A DNA stretch of 39,101 nt, from assembly GCF_001194135.2 (NCBI RefSeq), contig NC_068986.1:45557665-45596765 (forward strand), given 5' to 3'. Under the pieces are notes generated by a model, which ran no database searches, was not told the DNA's origin, and was given only the letters and a program-made list of their open reading frames with translations. The position numbers and the translations under genes were made by a program. Positions 33,120-39,101 of the stretch are shown in pieces. Every line of letters starts with the position of its first letter. The stretch's first letter is position 1. Source of the DNA: Octopus bimaculoides (taxonomy: Eukaryota).

Positions 33120-36020
33120 CAAAGAAAATTTGTGTATGTAAAGACTAATAACACAAACGTAGAGTTACAATTGGATGCAGGCAACGATATCTCAATAATT
33201 AACACAGATACATGGAAAAAATCGGGAGACCTAGATTAAATGAAACTTCGAAAATGGCCCGTGGTATTTCAGGAAAAAAATATTTTAAAGGTAACATCAC
33301 ATTTCGGGAAAAAACCTTAAAAGCTAAAGTTTTTGCGTCAAATAATACCAAAAATTTATTCGGAACTGACTGATTGCAATTATTTAATTTATGGGACCTC
33401 CCCATAAATCTTTTCTGAAATATGTGAATGGTTCTTCCTCCAGTACAAACAAGTCGTCAGACGAATTCAAAAGAAAAAATTTTTAATATCTTTCATGAAG
33501 CTCTGTTTGATAAATTAAGACTGTGTACCAAAAAGAAGGCGAGGTTTCGAATAAAAGAAAACGCTATACCAATATTTAAACAAAAACTAACTGTACCGTT
33601 CGCAGCGTTAAAATAGCTAAACTTAGAGCTAGAGAGACTAGAGAAAAATGGATTTATTTAGAAAGTGGAATATAGTCATTGGGTATCATCAACTGAGTAC
33701 ATTAAGAAAAAGAATAATAAAATCAGAGTGTGTACTAATTTTCCCACTGGTTTAAACGAATAACTTAAAACGTGCCATTATTAGCTATCTACTCCGGAGG
33801 ATATTTTTCCGAAATTGAACGGTGGCAAGATATTTTCTAAACTGGATCTCTCTGATGCGTACCTACAAATCAGAGTAGACGATGGATGCTCTAAATACCT
33901 AACAATTAAAACACATAAAGGACTGTATAAATTCAACAGGTTACCATTTGTCTTAAGAGTCGTCTCAGTGATTTTCCAACATATTATTGATGCAATCTTA
34001 GCGGACTGTGAATTCGCAATTCCATATCTGAATGATATAATCATTAAAATCGAATCCAGGGATCAACACGCAGAGCAAGTAAAATATGTATTCGAAAAAA
34101 TTAGGGATTACGGCTTTACTTTGGGTGAAGAAAAGTGTGAACTTTTCTTACCGAAAATAAGATATTTAGGACAAATCACTGACAGAAATGGATGTCGACC
34201 AGACTCGTCAAGGGCAGACACATTTAAAAATATGCCCCATCCGACTAATATAGTAACCTTACAAGCAGTTTTAGGATTGGCAAATTATTACCAAAATTAT
34301 ATTCCAAATATGCATAAGGTAAGGGTTCCACTGAATAATCTGCTGAAAAAAGATATGAAATAGAATTGGTCGGAACATTGTCAAAAGGCGCTTGACGAAA
34401 TAAAAGAATATTAATATCTGATTTGTCATTTGCACACTTCGATCCTGCAGCAGGAGATTGTTTTAACTTCAGACGCTTCTGAATACGGTAGAGGAACAAT
34501 AATGCTACATAGATATAAATATGGTAACATGAAGGTTGTATTTCATGCCTCACGTTCTTTGATATCAGAGGAGAAAAATTATAGTCAAATCGAAAAAGAA
34601 ACTCTAGCAATTATTTTTGCTGTAAAAATTTCAAATTTTTACACCTATCATTATCAATATTTGGATCAAAGAAAGGAATTCCTACCCATACTGCTAAACT
34701 GCTAATAGGTTGCAACGCTGGGGTACGATATTATTAAACTATGGTTTCAATATGGAGTATATATTATCCAAGAAATTAAGTCATGTGGATTGTTTGTCTA
34801 GACTGATTTCGAAAAATGTGGAGTCATTGGAAGACACTGTGATTGCCGTTTTGCGAGCGGAAAATGAAATTAAGAATGTTTTGTGTAATGTCATTCGTGA
34901 ACTGCCAGTTACTTTACAAGACATAATATTAAAATTGGTAAATGATAGATTCATTATAAAAATGAAAGAAATATTCAAAGCTAAAAGAGATAAAGATATG
35001 CGTAGCACAAATGCGAACTATTTCTCACACTGTGACAATGTGTTGATGTATGCACAAAAAGTGGTAGTACCAGCCACACTACAAAAGCGATTATTAAAAG
35101 AATTTCATATTGGTCAACGAGGGATTTCGAAAATGAGATCGTTAATGAGAGGTTATGTGTATTGGTCAACAATGGACCGTGCATTAAAGAATCAGGGAAA
35201 GCATGCAGAGGGTGTGCCTCAGTTGAAATATCACCTACCACTAAATGGCAACCGTGGCTCAAAACAGATGTTCCATGGGCCAAACTGCATGTTCATTGTC
35301 AAAAGGCGTTCATATTACCTTGTTGTGGTGAACAGATTTTCAAAATGGCCTGAAGTATATAAATGTAAAAAGCCGACATCTGTGGTTACAACAAGCTTTT
35401 TACATGAATTGTTCACCAGGTATGGTATTCCGAATACCATTGTATCTGATAACGGTACTCAATTTACGTCAGACGAGTTCATAAAATTTTGTAAAATGTT
35501 AGCCATTCTGGCATATCATCCTTGGTCAAATGGACAAGCAGACCTTTTTGATGACACTTTCAAATGGGCATTAAAAAGAAGCGAACAATAAAGTGATGGA
35601 CGACTTGGAACTTCAACAATTTCTAAGACTGTACCAAGTAATGCCTAATCTGAATACACCGTTGAGAATGCTGCCCACAGAATTGATGTTATTAAGGTCA
35701 AATTGATGCTATTAAGGTCAAATACATCTTTGACGAGCTGTTACCGAGTGAAAATATAAAAAAAGGCGAACAGCAAAAATATTTGAAAATTCTCCCAGTT
35801 AGGTGACAAAGTTTTTTTTTTTAAACCTATAGATGTGGTAAAGAAAGCTGGGAGGACGGTGTAATTATTAAACATACTGAAAGAATGTCGAACATAAAGA
35901 CAAATTAATCTACTTAAAAAAAGGATTCACTGAAATAACAGTCAAGAGAAATGAAATCCCCATGGAAGTGTACGACACTTTGAGGTACCAACACCCAAAC
36001 AATTTGAAATTACGCGTTTT
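33120..36020 (+). pseudogene. pol: Gypsy (Mag-like) pol: protease-RT-RNase H-integrase, decayed
   Basis: QLDAGNDISI (PR), KLDLSDAYLQI / YKFNRLPF / YLNDII (RT), DASEYG (RH), H-x6-KMRSLMRGYVYW, FSKWPEV, IVSDNGTQFTS, YHPWSNGQA (IN); PR-RT-RH-IN order is Gypsy-type. Confidence 0.93.
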
Positions 36021-36585
36021 NNNNNNNNNNNNNNNNNNNNNNNNNNNNNNNNNNNNNNNNNNNNNNNNNNNNNNNNNNNNNNNNNNNNNNNNNNNNNNNN
36101 NNNNNNNNNNNNNNNNNNNNNNNNNNNNNNNNNNNNNNNNNNNNNNNNNNNNNNNNNNNNNNNNNNNNNNNNNNNNNNNNNNNNNNNNNNNNNNNNNNNN
36201 NNNNNNNNNNNNNNNNNNNNNNNNNNNNNNNNNNNNNNNNNNNNNNNNNNNNNNNNNNNNNNNNNNNNNNNNNNNNNNNNNNNNNNNNNNNNNNNNNNNN
36301 NNNNNNNNNNNNNNNNNNNNNNNNNNNNNNNNNNNNNNNNNNNNNNNNNNNNNNNNNNNNNNNNNNNNNNNNNNNNNNNNNNNNNNNNNNNNNNNNNNNN
36401 NNNNNNNNNNNNNNNNNNNNNNNNNNNNNNNNNNNNNNNNNNNNNNNNNNNNNNNNNNNNNNNNNNNNNNNNNNNNNNNNNNNNNNNNNNNNNNNNNNNN
36501 NNNNNNNNNNNNNNNNNNNNNNNNNNNNNNNNNNNNNNNNNNNNNNNNNNNNNNNNNNNNNNNNNNNNNNNNNNNNNNNNNNNNC
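36021..36585. other. Assembly gap
   Basis: N run. Confidence 0.99.
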
Positions 36586-36789
36586 TTTGTAGGCACTTCA
36601 CATAGTTTCTTTATTATTATCAATAAAGTTAAAAGCAAAAAGAAAATAATTTCTGACGTACACTAAGCTTAAAATTTCAATGACTAAACGCTAGCAAGTT
36701 TTATCATATAATTGTAATAGTAGTGCGTTGTGAATATACTTCTTTCGGTCAAACAAAAGTGCTCGACACCCGGCCACAAAAATGAATGA

Positions 36790-36989
36790 AAATAGTGTAA
36801 TAGATGTAAAACAACATGCAGTAAACGAATATGAAAAAAATGCGCGCTGGTAAACGGGGGCGGGGGAAAGGACTCGGAAAATTCACATCGGGAATGTTCC
36901 GAGTCCTCTCACCACTTCCCCGTTCGTCGGCGAAATATTTTTCTTCATATTCGTTTACTACACATTATTTTACACATAGTACACTATTT
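36790..36989. mobile_element. Foldback / MITE-like element
   Basis: Arms of ~90 bp: AAATAGTGTA...AGTAAACGAATATGAA...AGGACTCGGAA and TTCCGAGTCCT...TTCATATTCGTTTACT...TACACTATTT, with a 17-nt loop. Confidence 0.75.
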
Positions 36990-37002
36990 CTTTTTGAGTT
37001 TT

Positions 37003-38952
37003 TGAAGATACTCACTGGAATATGTGCGGCAAAAACATACACTTTCATGGCACAGGAAGAAATACTACCAAGAGAACAAAACGGATGTAGGAAGAGTTCT
37101 CAGGGTACCAAGGATCACCTGGTTATCGATAAAACCGGTTTGAGGCATTGTAAAAAAACATCATACAAACATGTCTATGGCTTGGATTGACTTTAAGATG
37201 GCATATGATATGATGCCTTATTCTTGGATCGTTGAATGCCTCTAGATGCTTGGTGTTGCTGACAACTTCACAAATTTTCTGAGGCATTGCGTGAATGAGT
37301 AGAAAATCAAATTGTACTCAAGTAATGTATTTCTTGCAGAAGTTAATGTTAAAAGGGGAATCTTCCAAGGTGACTCGTTTTCTCCGTTACTTTTTGTAAT
37401 TGCACTAATACCCATACCAATGACACTTAGGAAAGTTAAGATGGGTTACCTATGTGGGAAGAAAGGCCCATTATTGAACCATGTTCTGTTTATGGATGAC
37501 CTGAAATTGCTTGGGAAATCTGAAAAACAGATAGATTCCTTAACCAAAACAGTCCAGAAGTGTGGTAGGGACATCGGTATGGAATTTGGGATCATCAAAT
37601 TCTCAGTATTCAATATGAAAAGAGGGAAGAAAGCAGCCTGCAGAAGATTGCGGTTACCATCAGGAGAGCCTATGGGTGAACCGGACCTTAGTGAGTATAG
37701 ATATTTAGGGATCTGGGAGCTTGATTACATTCTACACAGAGAAATGAAAGTCAAGGTCAGCAGCGAGGCGTATCAAAAAAGAGTGAAGATGGTGTTGAAA
37801 TCCAACCTGAATGTCAAAAATTTGATTAACACAATGAATATCTGGGCAGTTGCAGTGGTCAGATATAGTGCGTCCATCCTCAGATGGACTAAGGAGGAAA
37901 TATCAAGACTGGATAGAAAAACGAGAAAGTTGATGACGTTGCAAAGGGCGCTACACCCCAAAGCAAATGTAAACAGACTGTATATAAAAAGAAAGAATGG
38001 CGACAGAGGACTAATTAGTATAGGCCATTGTATAAGGAGTGAAAAGAAAACGCTTGCTGAGTATTTGATAAATAGTGATGAAGACCTGCTGCAATATGCC
38101 GCGAAAGATATGGGTGTAAACGCAAATGGGCAAGGCCAAGTTTAACCAAAGAGCTGAGGAGAAGAGAAAAGACCTTGAAATGAGAATGCATGGACAGTTT
38201 GAAAGGAGTACACAAGACGTTAAGGATAATACAGCATTGTGGACATGACTTGAGCGAGGTGATTTGAAGCGTACCATTGAAAGCCTGATCATTGCTGCAC
38301 AAGATCAGGACCTCGCTACCAATTCAGTGAAGTTTAACATCTATACAACTACTGACACCCAGAAATGCAGACACTGTGGAACGTGTGTGGAAAATGTAAC
38401 CCACTTGGTGAGTGGATGTGAGAATACAAACGCCGCCACGATAAAGTGTGTTTGTATCTTCATTGGTTCTTATGCCGTAAAAAGTAATATAAAGTAACGA
38501 GAACTGGTATGAGCTTTACCAAGTAAAGTTTTCAGACAGATCGTGTAATCGAATACCGGCGACCGGATATTGTCATATTGAGTAAAAGAGACAAATACTG
38601 TCAGATCATTGATGTAGCCATACCAGATGACATGAATGTTGCGAGTAAAGAGATTGAAAAGATCACCAGGCACTCCGAACTGAAAGTGGAAATGACAAGA
38701 CTGTATGGAATGCGACAGGGTAATGTAAAAGTGATACTAGTGGTGATCGGAGCGTTGGGCTCAATCTCATTGAAATTTCAAAACTTCTTAAGGCACCTGG
38801 AAATCCCATGCAAGATAGATGTCTTGCAAAAAGCAGCCTTAATAGGCACAGCGCACATCTTAAGGAAAGTATTATCTATCTGAAGTCTTTGTTGTGACTT
38901 GACAGATGACTAAAAACTCCGGTGCGTTTTTGCCTACACTGTGTTACGAAGG
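37003..38952 (+). mobile_element. R4/Dong-clade non-LTR retrotransposon, 5'-truncated (RT, CCHC, restriction-like endonuclease, 3' UTR)
   Basis: EQNGCRK.S.GTKDHL.ID; AWIDF..AYD; RGIFQGDSFSPLLF; HVLFMDDLKL; LHPKANVNRLY.KRK.G.RGL; MHGQF; C-x2-C-x8-H-x4-C; RPDIV...IIDVAIP...KEIEK; VIGALG; LRKVL*. Confidence 0.9.

Positions 38953-39101
<149 letters not shown>

Overview
AT-rich, microsatellite- and transposon-dense animal genomic DNA with six assembly gaps. The SINE families suggest an octopus (inference). The main non-TE feature is absent from the ORF track: seven short + strand exons (3271-17811) with GT-AG boundaries splice into a stop-free 196-codon frame encoding tandem 6-Cys modules. Each module is built from one phase 1-2 exon plus one phase 2-1 exon; the gene termini are not resolved. 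Around and inside it lie decayed mobile elements: two different Penelope-like fragments, Tc1, a pogo-like element, two Helitron-type 3' ends, two tandem Tx1/L1 LINE pieces, a Chapaev3-like transposon, a Mag-type Gypsy LTR element, an R4/Dong LINE ending in (TAA)n, several tRNA-derived SINE families and four unrelated long foldback elements. No rRNA, true tRNA or CRISPR array was seen. All alignments were done by eye and no database searches were run.
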